The position numbers and the translations under genes are program-made. The notes below the pieces were generated by a model that worked only from the letters and a program-made list of their open reading frames with translations, searched no databases and was not told the DNA's origin. From the human T2T-CHM13v2.0 reference genome, Homo sapiens, in NCBI RefSeq assembly GCF_009914755.1, contig NC_060928.1: 64,000 nt of DNA; one strand, written 5' to 3'. Positions within the stretch are counted from its first letter, which is position 1. Every line of letters begins with the position of its first letter. Of the stretch, positions 46,655 to 60,049 are shown piece by piece.

Positions 46655-48719
46655 TATTAGAATATTGTGTAGTCAGTTAAGTAACAGGTAGACATAAATT
46701 TATAGATTGAGCAAAATGTTCTCAATATATGAGTTAAATTAGAGAATAACAGATAAAAGGAAAGAAAGTATGTATATATGGTAGTTAATACATATAAATT
46801 TAAAACTCTAGGAATATATATATCATACATTAATATGTAAAGCACAATTATAAGTCATTTTTTCATTATACCATTATTAACTTCATTTTCATTTTCTGAG
46901 TTTTCTACAAAGAACACAGATGACATGTTCTCATCCTTAAACTCAAGGGTTGCTGCTGGGGTTTCTAGTACTTGGTGGTATCCAGCAAATCCATTTAATT
47001 ATAGAATACAATATAGCCACGAAAGTTATGGTTACAGAATAAAAGTGTTTTAAAACATTAAAATAACAATATACCTCAACAAAAACCAGGAGGTATGGAG
47101 AAGTGAGGTGGTTTAATTTCCTCATTGTCAAATCTGTTTGTCAATAAACCTCTCTCTCTCTATGTGTGTGTGTGTGTATATGTGTATACATGTGTATACG
47201 TATGCATATGTTTATATTTAAGTTTAAAGATATCTTAAGAACTATTCGCTCTGTAACAAAAACATTATCTGAATGTAAAAATTAAATCATTTTCATTTTA
47301 GTTTTTTGTTCTGTTAAACAAAATTAACCAATATAATTAATCAAATTATATCGGCTATTTGATAAGCTAATATAATTAATCAAATTAATCAAACCATTAT
47401 AATTAGTTTAACTTAAAATAGCATGTATGATGTGATTCTTTTTGTCAGTCTTTCTACCTACTTGCCTTGCTGGCTGCCCCTAACTTACTATATATATTCA
47501 TAAGAGATGTTTGTGATTATGTTTATAAGTACATGATAATTGGTTTTTCTGTTGAGAATTTCAGGATGATTTTCTAAACTGTCTATATCATGTATTTTAA
47601 TTGAAATTTACATTAAATACATATCACAGAAAAAGTCATTCTCTGAAATAAACAAGAAATATATAGAGATTTATGAAGCTTCTCTATCCAGTAGTCCCAA
47701 TTTTTTTCTCTCATGTGTGATTAATCTTTATGAAAACACGATCACAAATGTATTTACCACTGAAATATAAAAATTCCCAATCTAACTTAAGAGAATAATG
47801 TTTGATTACATCTGAAGCCACATTACCTTTACTTTCTTAATAAGGTGAGATTTGGGGAACGTCTTTAGTACTCGGGTCTCTGGGGTTAAGCATATTTGGT
47901 CAATTATCTTGTAGGACAAGACATTTATCTCTAAAATCAAACTGCACACCATTCACATGCAACATGAGGATTCTGTACAATAATATACTAATATATGTTC
48001 AATTAACTAGCTCTAACACTTCAGTGAAACAGTCAGTATGTCTCATAATAAGTCCTGTAGAACACTGTTTCTAAAAGTGACTATATTGAAAAATCTTAGC
48101 TTTTTTAAAAATGGATTTTACTGTCCTAATGTGAACTATGTGTCTAAGACTGGGGGTGGGGAATACAGTAAGAGGTTTCTTTCTAACTTATTTGACTTAT
48201 TTGATCCCCCCTTTTCACTGTAAATATTAAGTCTAAAGAGCTTTAACATTTTGAGGACTGCTGATTCAAGTAGTTTTTTACTCATGTAGCATATTTATTC
48301 AACACAGTTATAGCCAACTAGAAGAATAAGAGAGAGTGATAAACTTTTCAGAAACACACAGTTGCCTTATGTTTAACATTTATTTGTTTCATAACAAATC
48401 CATACTTCCTGAAAGATTTCTGAAGATTTGACATCCTCACAGAGCTTTTCCTGAAGCGGAAAATGGGGGTGGGTTGTTTTTTCCATAAGAACTCAGAAGT
48501 GATTTTTGAATGCAAAAGGATACGTTATCCAAAAAAATAAATAAATAAAAACAGAAAAACAGAAAACATGAAAAGATATACTACACTAAATATAAATTAC
48601 TAATCAAGGACTTTGTATTAACTTCTTAGGTTCATTATAGTGTAGTTGAGGATGCCCTAATGCTTGCTCAAGTAGATGTACTGTGTTTCAATATGTAAGT
48701 TTTTTTATATAAAAAAACT

Positions 48720-48983
48720 GTCACCCAGACTGGAGTGCAATGGCATGATCTCAGCTTACTGCAACCTCTGCTTCCTGGGTTTAAGTGATTCTTCTGCCTC
48801 ACCTCCCCAGCAGCTGGGATTACAGGCGCCTACTACCACGTCCAGCTAGTTTTTGTATTTTTAGTAGAGATGGGGTTTCACCATGTTGGCCAGGCTGGTC
48901 TCGAATGCCTGACCTCAGGTGATCCATGCGCCTCAGCCTCCCAAAGTGCTGGGGTTACAGGCGTGAGCCACCATGCCCGGCCT
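48720..48983 (-). mobile_element. AluS lacking its normal 3' end/polyA
   Basis: Starts abruptly at gtcacccagactggagtgc; ends catgcccggcc. Confidence 0.9.
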
Positions 48984-49340
48984 CAATATATTAGTATTTT
49001 TTAAAAGACAAACTATTAAAAAACATTTATTGTCTATGTAACTCATCACAAACAACTAAAAAGTAAAATTATTCTTTACACTAACACATAAATGAATGCA
49101 AAGATGTGTGTACAGCAATATGTCCTGTAGCATTTCTTTAAAGCAGCCTCAAACTAGGGTAAGGCCAAAACTGCCTATCAATAGAGACTGATTTAAAACT
49201 ATATATGTAATATTCGACTGTTAGAAAGAATGAGATTAATTTATATTGGCTGATACATAATAATCTCCAATTTAGATTGTTAAAATAAAAATATCTGGGT
49301 ACAGAAAAAATGTGTATTTTATATATATCTCCCCTTCATT

Positions 49341-49344
<4 letters not shown>

Positions 49345-49383
<39 letters not shown>
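49345..49383. repeat. (TG)n microsatellite
   Basis: Direct reading. Confidence 0.95.
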
Positions 49384-49385
<2 letters not shown>

Positions 49386-49394
49386 AAAGGTGAT

Positions 49395-49770
49395 TTCATA
49401 TAAGTAAAAAAAATAGAACAAAGAATACGAGAGGCTGGGAGGGGTAGGGGAAAGAGAGGCACAGAGAGATTTGTTAAAGAATACAAAATTACGACTAGAG
49501 TGGGGGGAATAATTTCTAGTGTTCTATACCACTGCAGGATGACTATAGTAACAATAATACATTATATAGTTTCAAATAGCCATAATAGAAGGAGGATATT
49601 GAATGCCCCAACATAAACAAAATGACAAACACTTGAGATGATGGATATGCTAATTAGCCTGGTCTGATCACCATATGTATTACCACATCCCTATGTACTC
49701 CCATGAGATCTGCAATTATTATACGTCAATTATTTTTAAGATTAAAATTTTTTAAATTGAAAGAATAAAA
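49395..49770 (+). mobile_element. L1MA 3' end
   Basis: gaggctgggagggg...tacaaaattac...gatggatatgctaattagcctgg. Confidence 0.7.
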
Positions 49771-52704
49771 AGTTTTTAAAGGTGGCAGGTGCTACATAGA
49801 TGGATAAGTAATAGACATGAAAAACTGGTAGACTAAAAACTGTTGATAGTGATTAGATGTTTTTATTATATAATCTTTAAAACTATTTCTACTTTTTATA
49901 GTCTTATTTTCATAGTAATAAAAGTTATAGTAATATTATAATTATAAAATATTATAATACTTTATAATATTATACAGTATTATAGTGTTATTTTCATAAT
50001 ACTATAAAAAGTTAATAATAATTCCAAGGCTCACAATCCTATATTTTATAATTTAATTCTACATATAGTGCATATGTAGGATACCAACAGCAATATGTAG
50101 CTTCAGAGAAAGCAAGAGAATTTTTGGAAAAATTTTGAAACCGTAACAATGACACTGAAACATTTCAGTAATCTGTAATTGGAGATGGCAGGTTGAACAC
50201 TTGTATAGCCAACCTTCTATCCTAAAACAGAACAGTGAAATAATTTTTATAAGGGCTAAAACAAAAGAACAAAAAGGATGGGAGAGGAGGTGAAAAGCAG
50301 ATGAAGACCATAACTAATTATCTCACCAAACAACGGTGACTCCTGAGTAAGCAAAGGGGAAAGTCGGCAGTCTGTTCATTCAGTCAGTCATTCACTCATT
50401 TGTCCAAATTATTTACTGGGTTCACAGTATGCCAGACATTGTTCTAGGTTCTGGAGATACAGCCATAACAAAACGGAAAACAACTCGCTCTCTTACAGAG
50501 TTAACAGTCTAATTAGAGAGTAAAGAAGTGTATATTATGTCAGACAGATTTAGGACAGGAAGTTGGAATGGGGACTGAAATTTCAGATAACATGATCATA
50601 GAGAAGATGACACTTGAGGCACAACCAGAGGGAAGTGAGTGAGCTTGACCCACAGAGAGTAAAGGAAAGATAACCCAACTGATGCTTTAGAACTTCCCAG
50701 AAGGCTCAGGAATTGGAGAACTTGGGTACTCTGAAAGTATGGCTAAAGGTGAGGATAAAAATAAGAGGGCTGATTGAAAGATTGTTTTAAAAAGCTTGTT
50801 TAAGAAAGATTTAGACCCTCCCTTTCACTTTACCTTCAGAGGCATTGCCTTTCTTAGGAAAGGGCAAAATACAATGATGCTGACTGGGGCATACAATGGT
50901 TGAAGAGGTACCATACTGAAGATAGGGAGGTTAAGCAAGAATATATAAACCAAATATCAAAAACCCCAGTTATCTTCTGAGTCTAGTTCCCCAGAATGCT
51001 TGCAGCTAAAGCCTAAACTCTCCCATTCAGAGTACTGTAGGAACCTTCTTTGGGGACTCTGACAAGTCCCCCAAAAAAGATCTGACACTGATGGTCCATT
51101 GACAGTAATACACAGAAGATCACAGTCAAAAAGGCTCCTCTGTGTACACTGGACTTCCAATCAACTGTGTTTCATTCTTAAAATATAACAAGTTAAAATA
51201 AACATGTGAGGAGAAGGTAAAACCAGCAGAAAAATGCAGTTTGGAAGAAACTGACCATACAGGGAGAAGAAACCCTTTAAGACACCTACATATATTTATA
51301 CTCTCAAAAAAAATAGTGAAAATTTTAGAGTTTTTAAAATGCTGGGCCTAAATCAAAACATAAGGTCTAAATCAGAAGAAGATAGGTAAATGGATTTTCT
51401 TCTATCTTCTTTTCTAGTCCCCAGCAATCTAAAAGATTAACAGATAAACTTGGATATACCTAGGTTATTACCGAGGATTGATCCATCTCCTTTTAGGAAA
51501 AAAGGACCTAAGGTATTGGATTGCATAGCCTGCAAGTTGCCATTTCAATCACCAATTGCCCTTCTTGAATCTTCCTTCTAAAATGAAAATGAAATTGTGG
51601 CTAAAAATCCAACTCAGCTAATCTTCGAGTCTTTTGGCTTCCTTAATCTTCTTTTATTATGGTTTCTAATGTAAGAATGAAAAAGCCAATTCTCTCATTT
51701 TAGTGGTAGATTAAATTCTTTCAGCAAAAGCCATTCACATTTGTGTTTTTGAAACCTACTATCTGACTGACCATGAGCAAGGCCAGCCTCCTTGTATCTG
51801 ACAAGCCCTGGATGCTATTTTCTTTAAAGTGACTCTGAACCCAGAGAGTCATCTTAGATGATTATTACCTAAAAGGGTACAGAATAAATTTCAAAATAAA
51901 TGAAATTCCAATAAAAGCATTTGAAGCTATATTGTAAAAACTGTGACAATATTAGATTAAATGTATTTTCATTATCTAATCTTGAAGCTATGGATTCCCA
52001 ACTTACCCAGACTTGGACATAAATAAAAACAAAGCTGGCACTCTGCTCTAGATAAGAAGAAATTATCTTGGTATATAGGAGTGTAAGGGGTAAAATCTGT
52101 AAAATATGATGGTGATTTGGGGGTTTTCCTGGTGTGTCAGGAAGAGTAAGCAGTGATGCCTCTTCTATTTGTGATGGCAGAGTAGAAACATCTACGTTCT
52201 GATGAAATCCTTACCACTATTAATCATAATTTTATAATCTCAGATTACATAGCAGATGCCTCTAAAATTAACTATTAAATAAATGAATTAACTAATAAGA
52301 TAAATGAATAGCATCAGGCTATTCTGAAAGAACTATCGGAAGCTCTGGCTAGAATGAAAACATTATTATTATTATTATTATTAGAAAAACAAAAGGCACA
52401 CAGCACAGCAATACTTCTTAAGGCTACATTCATTAAAATACTAATATTTAACAAAAACCCTCTACTGAGTACCCACCACCACAAGCAGTGCCACAGATAC
52501 AGAGATGAGAGAGACCTGGTTCCTGGTATCGAGTAACTCACATCGGAGAAGATAAACATGTAAGCAATTAACTATAACGTGATATCATCATAATCTAGAA
52601 GTATGTACAAATTATTACAGTAAAATACATATTCATTTAGCTTAGGGGGGGATGACTAAGTTAGAGGGAATATATGGGAAGTTTGGAATGAGAATATATA
52701 ATAT

Positions 52705-52974
52705 GGCCAGAGGCGGTGGGTCTATAATCCCAGGACTTTGGGAGACCAAGGCAGGTGAATCACTTGAGCCCAGGAGTTTGAGACCAGCTTGGGTGAGATC
52801 TCATCTCTACAAAAACACAAAAATTAGCCAGGTGTGGTGGCGCATGCCTGTAGTCTCAGCTACTCAGGAGATTGGGGTGGGAGGATTGCCTGAACCTGGG
52901 AGGCGAAGGTTGCAGTGAGCCAAAATTGCGCCACTGAACTCCAGCCTGGGAGACACAGCAAGACCCTGTCTCTC

Positions 52975-53022
<48 letters not shown>

Positions 53023-53035
53023 TATATATATATGC
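52705..53035 (+). mobile_element. Alu (J/S) with long A tail and (TA)n
   Basis: Degenerate dimer, about A30 tail then TA repeat. Confidence 0.9.
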
Positions 53036-55176
53036 GCACACAAAATCTCAAATATATAAATATATATATAAAAATTGAGAACTGGTAGGACTGTATCACA
53101 TGATACTACTATAAAACATTTTATAAAATAAAGTGTTTTTAAAATATGCTGTGTGACTTGAAAATGGCTGAGGCCAGGTGATGGGTCCTAAGTGTTCATT
53201 ATACCATAATCTTTAGTTTTATATATGTTTGACATTTTCCATAATAAATTCTTCAATTTGTTTAGAGTTGTTCCCTTACTGTATGCTGTTTAAGTAGACT
53301 AGTGTAGTAATTTATCATGTAATTCAGAGACCATTGAAAAAGAAAACTAACATTTTGTAGTTTAAGCATATCTATAATCAAATCTTATAATCATGAACTT
53401 ATGCTATAGGCTTTTGTAATCCTTACTTCTAAAACAGAACTTTATATTAATAATATATATGCTGTCTATATATATACTATATATACATTATACAATATAC
53501 ACAAAAAATATATATACATTAGTATAAAAATCAATTTGCTATGTGGAAAGCAATCATGGGATGATTTAAACTGAATATAAACATCTGCACAGTTTTGAAA
53601 TATACATTTGGCTATTATTATGTATCAGATCCCGGAACATATTATTTCATAGATGCTTTCCTCAGAGTAGTTTTCTCTACTTAATCATTGAGAAGAAACT
53701 CACCTTCACAGCAATTTCAAGGCTACTTCACTAAGAAAATAAGAGCATTGACAATACTTCCTTCAACTTTCTTCCTGCCCTGTCCTCCCTTCTGTTGTTT
53801 TCCTCTCTCATCCTTCTAAGGAACTATAACAGGCTGAGTAAGCACACAGGTTCTAAAGCCAATATATTATTGTGCCTAACTCCTCAGTGCGCCGTCACAA
53901 ACCCTCTGAATCTGAAATTGGTGGTGAATAGCTATCCCTAATTCAGTTGTGTAAGGAGTGAGTTTCAGCTGTTACAACATCCTTCGCCTTCCTCTCCATT
54001 CCCAACATCCCACATCGAACCTACACTGTGTTCTTAGTACATCACATACCCACTTCCTTCCAGCCCAAAGAGTAACCTAAACTGTCACCTATCTAAGGTG
54101 GCAGAGAGTCAAAGTTACTTCCTGTAATTATATCAAGAAGGTAAAACTGTTCTGTTTTATTTCTGCTTATTTCCAAATCCAATAACCACTTCTCTCAATG
54201 TTCATTGTACTTTGCTGCTCTACGTCATTGGCAATAATAATTCTATATTTTCTTTCCCTTGAAATCATCATTTGCTCTTTTGGCTTCAATTTACACCCTC
54301 ATATAGATGATACCAAAATCTGTATTTCTAGTTACCATCTCTTGAGTTCTCAAAAAGAATTTCCAACTACCAATCAAGCAACTAATTCCATGTGGTGAGA
54401 TCACCAGTATCTCAAGCTTAAGGTACGCAAACGAAAAATTATTTTATCCACCTTTTCTACCCAAAGATATTCCTGTGTACTTTACCAAAGTAAATATATT
54501 ATCATCTTTACTAACACTCCAGAGCATCTTTAACCCTTAACTTTCATTCAAAATGCCCCCTACTTAGTTACTTGTCAAGTTCTATTGATTTTACTTCTGT
54601 TATTTCTCTTACTTTCTTCTGCAACCATTTCTACTTCTAACACCATAGTTCAAGACCCCTTTCATTCCAGCCTGAACTATGTACAATAACTAAATAGTCT
54701 CCGCTCTCAATGTCTTCTCTCTCTATTGTTCAACCACCATATTATCCATCACAATAGCATTTACAACTCTTTAGAAACTGACCCATGTGTTTGTTTTCAG
54801 TCTTTCTCTTCCCTCCTCCTCATCATGGGCTCTAATCAAATAGAGCTTCTCACATTCTCCAAGTATGTCTCACACAATATACATGTAAAATATGTTCTCT
54901 TGTTTATTATAAGTTTGGCTGTGACCTTAGTGTTAACTCACATTATATCCTAATTTTCCTTTATTTCCTATGTTTTATTTGTTTCCACAATTCCCACTGT
55001 TGAAGTTCCTTTTTGTTCTTTTGCGACCTGCAGCAACTTATCAAAGTGGATTCTAAAGTCAGTGCAGCTTTCTACATCACCACTATCCCTTAATATTTTT
55101 TTCAAGTATATTATTTCCTTTGAAAAATCTGCATTATAGTGGTTAATACAAAAGTCAAGAAAATATTTCAGATTTA

Positions 55177-55425
<249 letters not shown>

Positions 55426-55589
55426 TTAATAAATCAACTCAAGAGGTCTACCATAACTACCCTATTTAATTTGTAAGCTGCTTCTAACCCTCAACCAGTT
55501 CTCCCAATCTCCTCTACCATAATCCATTTTGTCTATTTCTAACATACTAACATATTTATAATTTAATTACATATCATGTATATTATGTA

Positions 55590-56440
55590 CTGTTTCTCTC
55601 TCTATCCTACTAATGTGAATATAAGAACAGGGATTCTCTTTTGGTTTTTGTTGTTGTTGTTGTTCATGGTAAATCCCAAGTACCTAGAACAATGCCTAGC
55701 ATAGATTAGGTGCACAGTATTTGCTGAATGAATGAATGGATTCTAATCAGATAGTCAAATGCAATAAAGGAAATAAAACAGGTGTGAATAAATGAAACAG
55801 GAACGGGATTGGGGAACTGAAAAACAACACTACTTTGGAAAATATGCTCAGTGAAGACCTCACTGAAGAAGCTACACTTAAACTCAGGCCTAAATGATTT
55901 TTAAAATGAGGGAGCAAGACAAAGCACCAGGAACAGAAAACACAAGACTGAACGTGCATGCTTAAAACACAGAAAGACCAGTGTGGCTGGAGCTCAAGGG
56001 AAGAAGCAGAGGTGGAAGGGGATATGAGATAAGGTCAGAATCAGTAGTCAGGGAGCAAGTCACAGAAGATCTTTAAGAACTTTGTAAGAAAATTAGATTT
56101 CATTCCAAATGCAATTAAAATTCAGTGGAAAGCATTAATATGGAGAGGGATAGAATCTGGCTTTCTCTTTATAAAAATCTCTCTGGTACCTCTGGAGAAT
56201 GGATTGAAAGAGGGAAAATGTAGACCCAGGGAAGCCATTACAGAAATCCAGGTGAGATCATTGCAACTTGGGCTAAGAGGATGGCAACAGCACAGGAAAA
56301 AAAGCAAAGTATTTGAGACTTGTCATATATTAGTGGATTAATCAGTGAGGTGACAGGAAGGAATTAACAATGACTCACAGCATTTTTACTTGAATCACTC
56401 ATAGGATAGTGGTGCCATTTACTCAGATGGAGATGACACG
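55590..56440. mobile_element. L2 fragments
   Basis: L2 3' end (gtacctagaacaatgcctagca...tgaatgaatgaatg) and adjacent purine-rich L2 body pieces. Confidence 0.6.
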
Positions 56441-59303
56441 GTGCTGGCAAATAGTAAGCTGCATCAGGCTTGGCCCCAAAAGAAGACACACCACTGCATG
56501 CTGTGCAGCTTCACCTGCTCTGTTCTTCTGACTGCCTGGGCAGCCTACTTGGCTTCCTACATACAAGTTTTCCAGTCATGTCCATATCGATCCCATATGT
56601 TGCTATGTCGATCCCATATCCTCTAACTTAGCTTATGTTGCCTTTTTTGGCTTAGAATATTCAGGGAGAATCTGCAAGTTTGTGCTTCTTTACCTCAACC
56701 TGAACTCCAGAGACTGCCCTTGAACCCCTTCCTTGAAAGAGGAAGCAGAACACAATTACTTAAACACTGATTTCCTGTGTTTGTGTCTATGTGCACATAA
56801 CTATAGGATAATAAATTTGTTCTAAATACATAAATTCAAAACTTATTAAAAAATTTTTGTCAAATTAAAAAAACTTGCTCTACCACACATAGGTCAAAAT
56901 ACACAAATCTGTAAAAGTAATCTAAAGAGTATCACAAACATAATATATCTAAAATAAACATCTTTGTGTCATATCAAGTTAAAATACATTATGTACTGTA
57001 TTCTAGAACGAAAATTATATAACTCAAAACAAAAACTCACAGTCCTTTGAACACAGTGTACATTATTTTAAACAATGACCTGTTTGTTTACTTTGTTTCA
57101 TGATCCAACATTGTGTATTATCAAAGAGGGAATCTGTTAACAAATGTCATTGTGGAAGAAAGAAGAGCTCTCTAATTTTTAAAAAATTATTTTGGAACAT
57201 TAAGAGTACCATAATTTAACTTAAGGTAGTGGTTACAAACTATATCTTTTCCTTTAATTAAGATTCATAAGGTCATAACAGTTATAAAGTTTCTCCGGCT
57301 TTAACTTTACAGTAAATGTAACTAAACAAGAACCTTATAACTAACCTAGGTACTTCAATTCTAAATTTTAACAAAGTAAAAACTTCTAAAATGACATTCT
57401 AGCCTTTAAACATTTTTTCTACAAAGAAAAAAACTTTACTTAAAATGACTTCACAAATAATTTGCCTTTACTGTCTTCTACTTTCTTAAAAATAAAGCAT
57501 AACCAAATATTCCTAGGTATCATAATTGCATACATTAAAAAATTTGCCTATAAAGCCAAAAGTTTTAGGCAAACCTTTATTTACAAGTTATCTGTCAAGA
57601 TAAAAATATTTTGTTTGATAACTCAAATTTTTATGAAAAAACCTTTTTGATTAAATAATTTATTTAAATTTTATTTCTTAGTAGGTGTTTAATAACTGTT
57701 AGTTGAAATTATTAATATAAAAAAGTAACAATGAACAGATCTACTGATTGAAATTCCAAAATAAATTTCAAATTTTATTTTGTTCAAGACAAATGATTTT
57801 TATAATCTAATAAACAGAATGCTAAACAGATCTTTGAAATTACATTATCAAAAAATACCAAATGGCACAGGAAAGTGTTCAAAATACAGCATTAGGTGAG
57901 TAAAGATCCTAAGAGTATGTATATAAAACCAAAGTAAAATTAGACAGCAGGAAAAAATATGTGGGCATATAATAAACACACAGTTAATCACTTTTGTTTC
58001 TACACACAAAGCTGTGATGAAATCGACTAGAAAAACACCCACACCCCCAAACTGAAACAAGGACAAGGACATGAACAAGCAAGTTACAAACAATAAAATG
58101 GAGGAGGCCAATAATATTTAATTTCATTAATATTCTAAACACAAATAAAAATCAGGTAACATTTTTCATCCATCAAAGTTGTCCCCCTCAACTTTATATT
58201 TCATCATAATGTTCAGCCTTGGTAAAGATACGTGAATTCTTTTCATTTTCTGCTAATAGGAGAGAAACAGGGATGATCACTCCAAGCAGAAGAAGAAAAG
58301 CTAGCTTCCATATAACTAGACTAACTTGGTATTACCTGACTGCTTGCATTAAATACCTTATAATGCTAAGTTGTAATATTTCTCTACATGCTAACCCAAA
58401 ATTTTGAAAGATTTATGTAAGCCTATGAGAGAAGGAAGACATAACTGTTAATATAATTCTAAAGATTGCAATTCAAGCATTGAATTACAAACTGGAAAAA
58501 CCCCATGTCGTATTAAACATACTTGGAATATAAATCTACTAAACTCTAACTGCTAATAATAAGAATAAACAGGACCTGAATAATTAAAATTTGGGAATCT
58601 AAAAGCTAGCATTCCTGCTCTGTCTCTTAGATAAAGCTCAAATAAAAACTAAATATCAGTATTTTTGGATGGCTTACACTCTCCATAGCACTGTATTTAA
58701 TATATTTAATAAAATAATTGTCTTTTTCATGCTGATGAGACTCCTAAACCATTATAAAATAAATTTAAATTCAGTCAAAAAGAAGAGACAAGTGAGAAGA
58801 GAAATAACGTATAACTCTTACAATTAGGTGTGTTTGAGCTCATTACAGCAGCAGATCTCAGCTTTTTTCTGACTCTATTATGTTTTTACACACAACATTC
58901 TGAATAGTAACAGCCCTCAAAATACACACTAGTTCTCAACAATTGGGGTATTTCAAAATCCCTACAGGTAGATGTGGTCTAAAATAACCACACTGAAGTC
59001 TGTGGAAGCTGCCTCTAGCTTCCTCACCCCCAGAGGTCTTTAAGGATTTAAAAAAAAAATCTTTGGGCTACTACCTCACAGCCACAAACTTACATATGTA
59101 CACAAATATTATATGCATATATTTATGCATAGATTTATATAACAGAAATTTTTACATAACATACAATTGCTTAGTATTACAATAATTATTATTTATACAC
59201 CATATTGGCTAATAATAAAAATTTTGATGATTACCTACAAAAGAAAAAGTAGAAGGTAAAGGCTTTGGAACATGAACAAAAGTAAAAAAATATCTGTGAC
59301 TTT

Positions 59304-60020
59304 ACAATGAGATACCATCTCACGCCAGTTAGAATGGCAATCATTAAAAAGTCAGGAAACAACAGATGCTGGAGAGGATGTGGAGAAACAGGAATGCTTT
59401 TACGCTGTTGGTGGGAGTGTAAATTAGTTCAACCATTGTGGAAGACAGTATGGCAATTCCTCAAGGATCTGGAACCAGAAATAACATTTGACTCAGCAAT
59501 CTCATTACTGGGTATATACCCAAAGGATTATAAATCATTCTACTATAAAGACGCATGCACACATATGTTTATTGTGGCACTGTCCACGATAGCAAAGACT
59601 TGGAACCAACCCAAATGCCCATCAATGATAGACTGAGTAAAGAAAATGTGGCACACATACACCATGGAATACTATGCAGCCATAAAAAGGATGTGTTCAT
59701 GTCCTTTGCGGGGATACGGATGAGGCTGGAAAACATCATTCTCAGCAAACTAACACAAGAACAGAAAACCAAACACCGCATATTCTCACTCATAAGTGGG
59801 AGCTGAATAATGAGAACAAAGGGACACAGGGAGGGGAACATCACACACTGGGGCCTGTTGTGGGGTGGGAGGCTAAGGGAGGGATAGCATTAGGAGAAAT
59901 ACCTAATGTAGATGACGGGTTGATGGGTGCAGCAAACCAACATGGCATGTGTATACCTATGTAACAAACCTGCATGTTCTGCACATGTATCCCAGAACTT
60001 AAAGTATAATAAAAAAAAAA
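59304..60020 (+). mobile_element. 5'-truncated L1PA 3' end
   Basis: ORF2 C-terminal CCHC region ([27 protein letters not shown]...WNQPKCPS), 3' UTR, polyA. Confidence 0.93.
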
Positions 60021-60049
60021 TCTGACTTCAAAAAGCAAACACAAAATTT

